Of a DNA stretch of 64,000 nt, positions 45,196 through 54,863 are shown piece by piece (the stretch's first letter is position 1; each line of letters starts with the position of its first letter). Made by a program: the position numbers and the translations under genes. Below the pieces are notes generated by a model that saw only the letters and a program-made list of their open reading frames with translations, searched no databases and had not been told where the DNA came from. Source of the DNA: Chitinophaga pinensis (lineage in GTDB: Bacteria > Bacteroidota > Bacteroidia > B-17B0 > Aurantibacillaceae); the NCBI GenBank assembly GCA_943369995.1, contig CALRPF020000013.1, positions 36,422 through 100,421 on the forward strand, read 5' to 3'.

Positions 45196-48100
45196 ATGCT
45201 TAATAAAATTATTGCGTTCTCTATAAAGAACAAATTAATCGTTGGCTTATTTGTTTTGGCCCTTATAGGCTATGGAAGCTATGAGATTACAAAATTACCT
45301 ATTGATGCCGTGCCGGACATAACCGATAACCAGGTGCAGGTAATTACTGTTACACCATCATTGGGTGCTGCCGATGTGGAAAGATTAATTACCTTTCCAA
45401 TAGAACAGGCCAACAGTAATATTCCGGGCCTAAGAGAGATTCGCAGCTTTTCACGATTCGGCCTATCATTAATTACTATCGTATTTGATGATGATGTAGA
45501 TATCTATTGGGCACGACAACAAGTAACCGAACGATTAAAAACAGCGGAGCAACAAATCCCAAAAGGTATTGGCTCACCCGAGTTAGCGCCCGTTACTACA
45601 GGTTTAGGAGAGATCTATCAATATGTTTTAAGACCAAAGCCCGGGTACGAAACAAAATACACCGACATTGAATTACGAAGCATTCAGGATTGGATTGTAA
45701 AGCGTCAGCTAATCAGTGTTAAAGGCGTAGCAGATGTAAGCAGCTTCGGAGGTAAAGTGAAGCAATATGAAATAGCTGTTAATCCGGCTACACTTAAATC
45801 CTACAGCATTACTATCAACGATGTATTTACAGCACTGGAAAAAAATAATGAAAATACAGGTGGTGCTTATATTGAAAAAGCCTCCACTGTTTTATATATC
45901 CGTGCAGAGGGTTTAATTGGAAACATTGATGACATAAAAAATATCGTTGTAAAAAACACATCTAACGGAACACCCTTATTATTAAATGACGTTGCCGAAG
46001 TAAGAACAGGAAATGCTACGCGCTACGGAGCTATTACTTATAATGATGAAGGAGAAGTTGCCGGAGCGGTAGTAATGATGTTAAAAGGTGGCAATAGCAG
46101 TAGAGTAATTAGTGATGTAAAAGAAAAAATAATTCAGATTCAAAAAACATTGCCTGAAGGAGTTGTGCTAGAGCCATTTCTAGACCGCACCAAAATGGTA
46201 AACAGCGCCATCGGAACTGTTACAAAAAATTTATTGGAGGGTGCATTAATTGTAATTCTAATATTAGTTTTATTCCTGGGCAATTTGAGGGCAGGTTTTA
46301 TTGTTGCTTCTGTTATTCCATTATCCATGTTGTTTGCAGTTATTATGATGAACATGTTTGGTGTAAGCGGAAACCTGATGAGTTTAGGCGCGCTGGATTT
46401 TGGGCTGATAGTTGACGGTGCCGTAATTATTGTAGAGGCTTGTATGTTTCAATTGCATATTTCCAGGCAGAATAAAATTACGCAGTTACAGATGGATGAT
46501 ATTGTTTATAACACTTCTGCCCGAATGAGGAATGCGGCTGTATTTGGTGAGCTGATCATATTAGCAGTTTATCTTCCGATTTTTACGCTTGAGGGAATAG
46601 AAGGAAAAATGTTTAAACCAATGGCTCAAACGGTTGCGTTTGCTTTATTAGGAGCATTCATTCTATCATTAACATACATCCCAATGGTGAGTGCTTTATT
46701 TCTAAGCAAAAACACATCTCATAAAAAAAATATTTCAGATCGCATCATGGAGAAATTGGAAATAATCCATCACAGTTATTTATCCAGAGTATTAACTATC
46801 CCAAAAACAATCATTAGCAGTGTTGTTATCCTTTTTATTATTTCAATGATCATTTTTTCAACCCTAGGCGGAGAGTTCATTCCTTCTTTACCCGAAGGTG
46901 ATTTTGCCGTGGAAACACGTGTGTTAACCGGAAGTAATTTAACCACCTCTTCTGAAGCCATAATGAAATCAGCACACATTTTAAAAAACAAATTTCCCGA
47001 AATAGAAAAAATAGTTGGTAAAACAGGTAGTGGCGAAATACCAACCGATCCCATGCCAATGGAAGCATCAGACATGATGATTATTTTAAAAGATAAATCC
47101 GAATGGACTTCAGCAAAAACGTGGGATGAGCTTTCAAAAAAAATGAGTGAAGCATTAAAAGATGTACCGGGCGTTACTTACAGCTTTCAATTTCCGGTGG
47201 CAATGCGCTTTAATGAATTAATGACAGGCTCTAAGCAGGATGTGGTTTGTAAAATATTCGGTGAAAATTTAGACACACTTTCAAAATACTCAAAAGTGTT
47301 GGGCTCAATTGCCGAAAAAGTAGAGGGCGCAAAAGATGTATATGTAGAACCCATTGATGGTTTACCACAGTTAATAATAACTTATAACCGTAAATTGATT
47401 GCGCAATTCGGTTTAAATATACAGGATATTAATAAGGTTGTTAATACTGCATTTGCCGGGCAAAGCAGCGGCATGGTATATGAAGATGAAAAACGTTTTA
47501 ACCTCGTGGTTCGACTTGCCGGAGAAAGGCGTCAGAATCTGGAAGACGTGCAAAATCTTTTGATCTTAACGCCGCAGGGCACTCAAATTCCTTTGCAACA
47601 GGTTGCAAATGTTTCTATACAGCAAAGCATCAATCAAATTCAAAGGGATGATGCAAAGCGCAGGATTATTGTGGGCTTTAATGTAAAAGGCAGAGACGTG
47701 CAAAGCATTGTTGAAGATTTACAAAAAGAAATTGAAAAAATAAAAATGCCAACTGGTTACTATGTAACTTATGGTGGAGCCTTTGAAAATTTAGTAGCTG
47801 CAAAAAAACGATTGTCTATTGCTGTTCCTGTTTCATTACTTCTGATCTTCTTTTTATTGTATTTCGCTTTTAAATCTGTGAGGCAGGGCTTGCTCATTTA
47901 TTCAGCAATTCCACTTTCTGCAATAGGTGGCATTCTTTTTCTGGCATTAAGAGGTATGCCTTTTAGCATAAGTGCTGGTATTGGTTTTATTGCTTTGTTT
48001 GGGGTTGCTGTTCTTAATGGTATTATGTTAATATCAGAATACAACCGTATTAAAAAAAGCGGCGCAACAGATCTAAAGCAAATAGTTTTAGAAGGCACAA

Positions 48101-49530
48101 AGCAACGTTTACGTCCTGTATTAATGACTGCCTTTGTTGCGTCGCTTGGTTTCCTGCCAATGGCGTTAAGCAACGATGCCGGAGCCGAAGTGCAGAGACC
48201 TTTAGCAACAGTTGTAATTGGCGGTTTGCTCATTGCTACATTTCTAACCTTGTTTGTTTTACCTATACTTTACATGTTGTTTGAAAAAAAGGTATTTGAA
48301 AAAAACAATAAAATCGCTACAACGTCTGTAATACTTCTAATGTTCGTTTCAGTTCAAAACATAAATGCACAGCAGTCAATTACATTAAAAGCTGCTATTG
48401 ATACGGCAATAAAAAATAATTTACGGGTTAAGAATGAAAAGCTAAATGCCGAGTACCAGAAAATATTAAAATCTACAACAGTTGATATTCCGCAAACCAA
48501 CGTTACCGGAGAATACGGGCAGATCAATTCTATTTATAAAGACACGAAGTTTGGCATCTCTCAATCACTTAATTTTCCAATTGTATATGCTAAACGCAAA
48601 ACTTTACAAAACGAAAACTATAAAAGTTATATGCTAAATGTTGCCGTGCGCGAATGTGAACTAAAAAAACAAGTAAGCGACGAATTTTATGTGCTGCATT
48701 ATTTACTGCAAAAGCAGAAGATTCTTTTAAAGAACGATAGTGTTTATGCGGTTTTCTTACAAAATGCCAATTTACGTTTTTTAAAAGGTGAAAGTAATAT
48801 CTTGGAGAAAACAACCGCAGAAACACAACGCGGACAAATAGCCATACAGCTAAATCAATTAAAAAATGATATAGAGATCGTGCAACTTCAGTTTCAGTTT
48901 TTGCTGAACAGTACAACTGTTTTTACTCCGTCTGCAGATTCGTTTAAAATGGAATTCACAGGCACGTCTGATGTTTCTGGTTTTAGCGATCATCCGCAGA
49001 TAAAGATTTTGCAGCAGCAAAAACAAGTATCACTAACGAATACGCGACTGGAAAGATCAAAGCTTCTACCCGATCTTATTTTTGGGTACAATAATCAAAG
49101 CATACGGGGCGTTGGCGCCGACAATGTTTTATATTCAGCGTCATCCCGCTTCAGTTCGGTGCATATAGGAATTGGGCTTCCTTTATTTTTTGGTTCTCAA
49201 AAAGCCAGGATCAATTCTTCAAAAACGCTCCAATTGATTTCTGAAAATAATTACCAGTTAGGTATGCAAACATTAAATACCGAATATCAAAAGGCTTTTA
49301 AACAATACCAGGCAAATACAATGGCGGTAAAATATTTTGAAGACACCGCTTTAGATAATGCAGAAACTATAATAAAAACGGCTAATCAGCAATTTGCCAA
49401 CGGCGCTATCAATTACCTTGAATGGACTATGCTGATTAATAATGCCGCCAGTATCCAAAGCGATTACGCCGACGCTTTAAAAAATCTCAACCGCTCTGTT
49501 ATTCAATTAAACTATTTAATCTCAAAGTAA
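45196..49530 (+). CDS. czcA: CusA/CzcA heavy-metal RND transporter fused to a C-terminal TolC-like outer-membrane factor
   Basis: LPIDAVPD, GALDFGLIVDGAVIIVE, AVLNG, RLRPVLMTA, VQRPLATVVIGG; about 386-aa OMF-like tail (ITLKAAIDTAIKNN, GAINYLE); 1444 aa. Confidence 0.93.
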   Translation: MLNKIIAFSIKNKLIVGLFVLALIGYGSYEITKLPIDAVPDITDNQVQVITVTPSLGAADVERLITFPIEQANSNIPGLREIRSFSRFGLSLITIVFDDDVDIYWARQQVTERLKTAEQQIPKGIGSPELAPVTTGLGEIYQYVLRPKPGYETKYTDIELRSIQDWIVKRQLISVKGVADVSSFGGKVKQYEIAVNPATLKSYSITINDVFTALEKNNENTGGAYIEKASTVLYIRAEGLIGNIDDIKNIVVKNTSNGTPLLLNDVAEVRTGNATRYGAITYNDEGEVAGAVVMMLKGGNSSRVISDVKEKIIQIQKTLPEGVVLEPFLDRTKMVNSAIGTVTKNLLEGALIVILILVLFLGNLRAGFIVASVIPLSMLFAVIMMNMFGVSGNLMSLGALDFGLIVDGAVIIVEACMFQLHISRQNKITQLQMDDIVYNTSARMRNAAVFGELIILAVYLPIFTLEGIEGKMFKPMAQTVAFALLGAFILSLTYIPMVSALFLSKNTSHKKNISDRIMEKLEIIHHSYLSRVLTIPKTIISSVVILFIISMIIFSTLGGEFIPSLPEGDFAVETRVLTGSNLTTSSEAIMKSAHILKNKFPEIEKIVGKTGSGEIPTDPMPMEASDMMIILKDKSEWTSAKTWDELSKKMSEALKDVPGVTYSFQFPVAMRFNELMTGSKQDVVCKIFGENLDTLSKYSKVLGSIAEKVEGAKDVYVEPIDGLPQLIITYNRKLIAQFGLNIQDINKVVNTAFAGQSSGMVYEDEKRFNLVVRLAGERRQNLEDVQNLLILTPQGTQIPLQQVANVSIQQSINQIQRDDAKRRIIVGFNVKGRDVQSIVEDLQKEIEKIKMPTGYYVTYGGAFENLVAAKKRLSIAVPVSLLLIFFLLYFAFKSVRQGLLIYSAIPLSAIGGILFLALRGMPFSISAGIGFIALFGVAVLNGIMLISEYNRIKKSGATDLKQIVLEGTKQRLRPVLMTAFVASLGFLPMALSNDAGAEVQRPLATVVIGGLLIATFLTLFVLPILYMLFEKKVFEKNNKIATTSVILLMFVSVQNINAQQSITLKAAIDTAIKNNLRVKNEKLNAEYQKILKSTTVDIPQTNVTGEYGQINSIYKDTKFGISQSLNFPIVYAKRKTLQNENYKSYMLNVAVRECELKKQVSDEFYVLHYLLQKQKILLKNDSVYAVFLQNANLRFLKGESNILEKTTAETQRGQIAIQLNQLKNDIEIVQLQFQFLLNSTTVFTPSADSFKMEFTGTSDVSGFSDHPQIKILQQQKQVSLTNTRLERSKLLPDLIFGYNNQSIRGVGADNVLYSASSRFSSVHIGIGLPLFFGSQKARINSSKTLQLISENNYQLGMQTLNTEYQKAFKQYQANTMAVKYFEDTALDNAETIIKTANQQFANGAINYLEWTMLINNAASIQSDYADALKNLNRSVIQLNYLISK

Positions 49531-49537
49531 TACAATT

Positions 49538-50668
49538 ATGAAAAAATATATAATTCTATCCATTTTTATTACTGCTTTTATGGCCTGTAATAATAAAGAG
49601 GAAAAAACCGAAACTGAAATTCCTGCAAATGAAAATGTTGTTGAGTTAACCGAGGCACAGTTTAAAAATTCAAAAATAGAAACCGGTAAGATCGAACGAA
49701 AATCAATTTCCTCATTGTTAAAGGTGAATGGTAAAATTGATGTGCCTCCGCAAAATATGGTATCAGTAAGTGCTCCATTAGGCGGTTACTTACGATCAAC
49801 TAAACTTTTGGAGGGCATGCACATTAGTAAAGGCGAAGTGATAGCGAGTATGGAGGATCAACAATATATCCAACTGCAGCAGGATTATTTAACCGCTAAA
49901 GCGCATCTGATATCTATTGAAAAAGAATATAACCGTCAAAAAGAATTAAACCAAAGCAAAGCTAGCAGCGATAAGGTATTTGAAAGTGCGCAGGCAGAAT
50001 ATTCATCACAGAAAGTAATGGTAAAATCTTTATCTGAAAAATTAAAGCTCATTGGTATCAATCCGGATAACTTAAACGAAACTAATATTTCAAGAAGTAT
50101 TAATGTAACCTCACCTATTGACGGATATGTTTCGGCAGTTAAAATGAATATCGGAAAATATGCAAATCCTACAGATGTATTATTTGAATTGGTAAATCCT
50201 GCGGATATTCATTTGGCTTTAACGGTTTTTGAAAAAGATCTCGATAAACTATTTATAGGACAAAAAATAGTAGCTTACAACAATAACCCCGAAAGTAAAA
50301 GATACAATTGCGAGATCATTTTAATTGGTAAGGACATTTCCTCCGAAAGGGCTGTAACGGTTCATTGTCATTTCATGCAATACGATAAATCGTTAATTCC
50401 CGGCATGTTCATGAATGCAGAAGTTGAAGTATCAACTAACGAAGCCTTTGTTGTTCCTAATAACGCGATTGTGTTGTTTGAAAGTAAACAATACGTTTTT
50501 ACACAAACATCGGATAAGAAATTTGAAATACAGGAAGTAACCACCCAAAACACAGAAAATGGTTTTACACAGGTAACCTTTTTAAATAATAAAAATATGG
50601 AGAATGAACTATTTGTTACCAAAGGAGCATACACCTTATTAATGAAAATGAAAAACACCGAAAAATAA
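49538..50668 (+). CDS. czcB: RND periplasmic adaptor (CzcB-like lipoprotein)
   Basis: Lipobox FMAC, VSAPLGG, coiled-coil hairpin, SPIDG.V, LIPGMF. Confidence 0.9.
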   Translation: MKKYIILSIFITAFMACNNKEEKTETEIPANENVVELTEAQFKNSKIETGKIERKSISSLLKVNGKIDVPPQNMVSVSAPLGGYLRSTKLLEGMHISKGEVIASMEDQQYIQLQQDYLTAKAHLISIEKEYNRQKELNQSKASSDKVFESAQAEYSSQKVMVKSLSEKLKLIGINPDNLNETNISRSINVTSPIDGYVSAVKMNIGKYANPTDVLFELVNPADIHLALTVFEKDLDKLFIGQKIVAYNNNPESKRYNCEIILIGKDISSERAVTVHCHFMQYDKSLIPGMFMNAEVEVSTNEAFVVPNNAIVLFESKQYVFTQTSDKKFEIQEVTTQNTENGFTQVTFLNNKNMENELFVTKGAYTLLMKMKNTEK

Positions 50669-50804
50669 ACAATTAAAGAGCAAAACATTTAATTAGCAGC
50701 TCTTTTTTGAACACATTTTTTAATGCTGCTATATAGGCTCAGGTTAAAGAACTGATCTAGCTATTTATTTTTTTTATCAAATATCGATCATTTTATAAAA
50801 CTCT

Positions 50805-51674
50805 TTATTCATCGGGCTCTATATGAATTAAAATATCCGCTAATTGAGGCATTCTATCCAATAAATGATCTTTAAGCTCGTGTGATATTAAGTGTCCTTC
50901 ACTCACTGTTATTTTCGCATTTACAATTACATGAAGATCGACATGGTATTTCATTCCGGTTTTCCTAACGTAGCATTTTTCCGTATCAATAATTCCCTTA
51001 ACTGTTTTTGATTCAACTCTTATTTCAGCAACAATATCATCATATAAATGCTCATCCATTATCTCGCCAAGCGCCGGCCTAAAAATTAAATAACTATTAT
51101 ATAAAATAACACCCGAAGCAACAAGTGCCGCCCAATCATCAGCTGTTTCATAACCTTTTCCAAAAATTAACGCAATAGATATCCCTATAAAAGCTGTAAC
51201 GGAAGTAATTGCATCACTTCTATGATGCCATGCATCTGCTTTTAAAGAAGAACTGTTGGTTTGTTTACTTTTAGCCAATACAATTCTGTAAAAAGTTTCT
51301 TTTATACCGATGATCACTGCCAAAATAATTAACGTGTATGCTTTGGGAAGTTCATGCGGAGTTTTTATATTTTGAATGCTTGTATAAGCAATAATAATTG
51401 CAGAGGCCATTAAAAACCCTACCACTAAAAAAGTAACTAAGGGTTCTGCCCTTCCATGTCCGTATGGATGATTCTCATCTGCAGGACGATTAGAATACTT
51501 TATACCGAACAAAACGAGTACGGAAGAAAAAATATCAGATGTAGACTCTATAGCATCGGCAATTAAAGCATACGAATTTCCGAAATAACCGGTAACACCT
51601 TTAAGTAAAGCGAGACACGAATTGCCAACAATACTCAGATAGGTTGCTTTTATAGCTTTTTGTTCTGCGCTCAT
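50805..51674 (-). CDS. Cation diffusion facilitator family transporter
   Basis: ALIADAIESTSD, HPYGHGRAE, ADAWHHRSD, DLHV, HIEP. Confidence 0.93.
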   Translation of the reverse strand: MSAEQKAIKATYLSIVGNSCLALLKGVTGYFGNSYALIADAIESTSDIFSSVLVLFGIKYSNRPADENHPYGHGRAEPLVTFLVVGFLMASAIIIAYTSIQNIKTPHELPKAYTLIILAVIIGIKETFYRIVLAKSKQTNSSSLKADAWHHRSDAITSVTAFIGISIALIFGKGYETADDWAALVASGVILYNSYLIFRPALGEIMDEHLYDDIVAEIRVESKTVKGIIDTEKCYVRKTGMKYHVDLHVIVNAKITVSEGHLISHELKDHLLDRMPQLADILIHIEPDE

Positions 51675-51692
51675 TTTATAAAGTTAGAACTT

Positions 51693-53597
51693 TTATTCCC
51701 AGAAATTCCATTTTTGAGGCCAAAAATCAATTGTTTTAACTTCAAAATCGGTGATCACAAAGTTTTCTTTAGCTGCATTCCAGATAAAAAAGCCAATCTT
51801 AGAATTATCTTTCATTTTTTTGAATGGCGTGCCGCAAAAGCTATTAGCGTAAACCGTAATAGTTGAATCCGGTTTCATTACAAAATTACCAGTAGATCCG
51901 GCATCAAAAACAGGAGGAATATTTTTATCAGTGCTATTGATAGAAATACAACCAAGAATATTATTTATTTTTTTATTTAATTTAAATGTAGACTTTAAAC
52001 TAATTACTTGCCCCGTTTTAGTTGCTATTTTATTCAGGGGCACATCTGCGTGAAACGGATACTCCTGTATTGAATCCACTTTAAATGGAATTTCATTTTT
52101 AAAATCAAGTTCCTTTTTATTAATATAATTCGCAAAATAGATCTCACTTTCACCTTCAACTACTTTGTTTTTATCTTCGGGCCTTTTAGAATAAAGCTTA
52201 TAATTTATAGCTTGTGTTTGTACATTCTCAATTAAATAAGGATAATACTCCAAAGCAATAGATTGATGCAAAGGAAAAGCAGAGGTTAACACCAGGTAAT
52301 CAGTTTTAAGCGAGGCAACGAATTCAGAAAAATGTTTAACTGAAATAGTTACCGAATCGTGCGAACCTTTATATTTAAAATCAGTATTATACTTTTTAAA
52401 ATAAATTCCTTCCATCACTTCATCAGAATCAAAAAATATTGGATAAACGTTCGTCCCTCCAAGTGTTTTTTTATGCTCCACCGTTCTTTCATACTGAAAT
52501 TCAAAAACCGTTTTTACACATTGCTGGAAATAGTCTTTTTTATAATAAGTCTTAAAGATCAGCACAGATAAAACAATTACAGCAACAAAATTAAAAACCA
52601 CTTTATTTTTAAAATCCAATAAAGAGCTAACTAAAACAACAATTGCAACTCCAGAAAACAGCATCACCGAATTTTGAAATATTGGAACGTTAAGAACAGA
52701 ATAAAAATAAACGATAAGATAATTGATCAAAAAAACAATAAACAGAAACACCTGTTTTTTATTGAAAATGAATTTTTTATTTAAAATAATACACGTAATT
52801 ATTAATCCAAAAAATATCCACCAGTTTTTTCCAGTTCCAAAAACGATCTTTAAAAATCCAAATACATCTGTAAACTCGGGCTTGGCCAACCAACCTCCTT
52901 GCCCTATGCCAATGCCGCCAATACTAAGCTGGTAAAGTGTTACGGGCAAATGAGGCAAATAAGCCATGATTGTTAAAGCAAGTGCAATTAAATAGGGCTT
53001 GAAGTTGTTTTTATTTAAAAATAGTAAACCTGAAGCGCAAATAGTAAAAGCAAACAGCGCATTAACGTGTTGATTAAGCGCAGAAAGTAAAGCAAATAAA
53101 GCAAGGAAAAAATAATTTTTATTTTTAGTTTCGTTTAAAAAAAATATATTGAAAAAATAATATAACAAAGCTATACTAAAAAAAATACCGGAGATATACA
53201 TTCTTGCGATAGGCGCATAAAAAACAAATACCAACGAAAAGCTAAAAATGAGTGCCGCTATAATTGCTACGTGTTTAGAAAAATTCTTCAGGCAAAAAAA
53301 GTAAGCGTAAATAACGGCTGCAAAACTAAATAATAGAAATGGTAATTTTATGATCCAATTTGTATAGCCGAAAAATTTAGTAAGGTACCAGATCAAAACC
53401 TGCACAAAGGCCGGGTGCGCATCGATCTTTACACCTTTATCTATTAGCTCGCTAAGGGAATTAAAACGCGTTCTGTCAAGCCCGCTTAACTCATCTAATG
53501 TAAATTGATAATCAAATAATGGTATTATTCTAAGAACAATACATGCAATTAAAATAACAACAAAAACGATATGCTCTTTTATAAATTTAATTAGCAT
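51693..53597 (-). CDS. GT39/ArnT-like glycosyltransferase with large periplasmic C-terminal domain
   Basis: FTLDELS acidic loop, DAHP, KLPF, ARMY motifs; about 12 TMs. Confidence 0.75.
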   Translation of the reverse strand: MLIKFIKEHIVFVVILIACIVLRIIPLFDYQFTLDELSGLDRTRFNSLSELIDKGVKIDAHPAFVQVLIWYLTKFFGYTNWIIKLPFLLFSFAAVIYAYFFCLKNFSKHVAIIAALIFSFSLVFVFYAPIARMYISGIFFSIALLYYFFNIFFLNETKNKNYFFLALFALLSALNQHVNALFAFTICASGLLFLNKNNFKPYLIALALTIMAYLPHLPVTLYQLSIGGIGIGQGGWLAKPEFTDVFGFLKIVFGTGKNWWIFFGLIITCIILNKKFIFNKKQVFLFIVFLINYLIVYFYSVLNVPIFQNSVMLFSGVAIVVLVSSLLDFKNKVVFNFVAVIVLSVLIFKTYYKKDYFQQCVKTVFEFQYERTVEHKKTLGGTNVYPIFFDSDEVMEGIYFKKYNTDFKYKGSHDSVTISVKHFSEFVASLKTDYLVLTSAFPLHQSIALEYYPYLIENVQTQAINYKLYSKRPEDKNKVVEGESEIYFANYINKKELDFKNEIPFKVDSIQEYPFHADVPLNKIATKTGQVISLKSTFKLNKKINNILGCISINSTDKNIPPVFDAGSTGNFVMKPDSTITVYANSFCGTPFKKMKDNSKIGFFIWNAAKENFVITDFEVKTIDFWPQKWNFWE

Positions 53598-53611
53598 TTG
53601 TTCTAAAAAAT

Positions 53612-53640
53612 AAAAGCTGAGTTTTAATAGCTCAGCTTTT
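53612..53640 (-). terminator. Intrinsic terminator after ilvE
   Basis: AAAAGCTGAG...CTCAGCTTTT 10-bp stem; minus-strand U-tract TTTTATTTTTT. Confidence 0.75.
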
Positions 53641-53663
53641 CAAAATTAATAAAAAAATTAGTT

Positions 53664-54728
53664 TTATATTTTTAACATCCAGTTTAATTTATCAGCAGCT
53701 TTACCTTTGCGAATTAAACGTAATGTTTCATCCACTTTAGTAGAGAATTTTCTTTCTTCAACGGGAGGTAAAACAAAATCTTTTCCTTCAAAGCCAATTC
53801 CTATAATCTGAGCAATTGTAGCAGCAGTGCCACAACCAAAAGCTTCTTTTAATTCTCCTTTTTCGTATGCTTCTGCAACTTCTTTTAAACTTACTTTTCT
53901 TTCTTCTACTTTCATGCCCCAATCCCGTGCCAAAGCTAAAACGCTATCGCGTGTAATACCGGCTAAAATTGTATCGCTTAACGCTGGGGTTAATAAGGTA
54001 TCGCCAATAACGAACATCAGGTTCATTGTTCCGCTTTCTTCAACAAAATGATGTGTTGCACTATCGGTCCAAATTACTTGCTGGTAACCTTTTTGTTGCG
54101 CTAATTTAGTTGGGTATAAACTTCTGCCGTAGTTACCTGCAGCCTTAACAAAGCCAACACCACCATGCACAGAACGGAAATAATCAGTTTCTACAATTAC
54201 TTTAATTGGCTCGCTATAATATTTACCCGCAGGGCAAGTTATAATAACAAATTTATAGGTTTCGCTTGCTTTTACGCCAATTGCTTCATCTGTTGCAATT
54301 AAAAAAGGACGAATATATAAGCTACCCGTCTCACTCGATGGCACCCAATTAGAATCTAATCTTAATAATTCCAACAAGCCGTTCATGAAAATTTCTTCAG
54401 GAACTTCGGGCATACACATACGAACTGCACTTTTATTTAAACGCTTAAAATTTTCTAAAGGACGAAATAAAGAAACTTCTCCTTTTTCATTCTTGTAAGC
54501 TTTCATACCTTCAAAAATTGCCTGGCCATAATGTAAGGCACTCATCGCATAACTCATTGGCACATCACCGTATGGCAAAATGCTTGAACTTTGCCATTTG
54601 CCATCAGCATATTCTGCAACGAACATGTGGTCGCTAAAACATTTACCAAATGGTACGTTGTTTACATCGTAATCGGTAACTCTACTTTTCGCAATTTTAT
54701 CTATGCGAATATTCGCTGTGCTTATCAT
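53664..54728 (-). CDS. ilvE: Branched-chain amino acid aminotransferase
   Basis: ALHYGQAIFEGMKAY, LYIRP, KAAGNY, EESGTMN, LAGITR, GCGTAA. Confidence 0.96.
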   Translation of the reverse strand: MISTANIRIDKIAKSRVTDYDVNNVPFGKCFSDHMFVAEYADGKWQSSSILPYGDVPMSYAMSALHYGQAIFEGMKAYKNEKGEVSLFRPLENFKRLNKSAVRMCMPEVPEEIFMNGLLELLRLDSNWVPSSETGSLYIRPFLIATDEAIGVKASETYKFVIITCPAGKYYSEPIKVIVETDYFRSVHGGVGFVKAAGNYGRSLYPTKLAQQKGYQQVIWTDSATHHFVEESGTMNLMFVIGDTLLTPALSDTILAGITRDSVLALARDWGMKVEERKVSLKEVAEAYEKGELKEAFGCGTAATIAQIIGIGFEGKDFVLPPVEERKFSTKVDETLRLIRKGKAADKLNWMLKI

Positions 54729-54863
54729 AAAATATAATGTTATGTAACAAATAACTACAAAATTTTTGAATTTGCAAATAAATTCATCAAGAAATTAGTG
54801 GGTTTTGGTCGATATTTTACCCTACGCGATGTGTATTAGCGCTATGTATAACCTAAAACACGG

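Noticed and set aside
50669-50804. Inverted repeats between czcB and the CDF gene (AAAGAGC/GCTCTTT, TAGCAGC/GCTGCTA)
   Set aside because: Stems of only 7 bp with long loops; too weak to call a terminator
2500-53663. Integron-like cassette sites or target-site duplications at the GT-C junctions
   Set aside because: I compared the six upstream junctions by eye and found no shared motif, attC-like repeat or integrase
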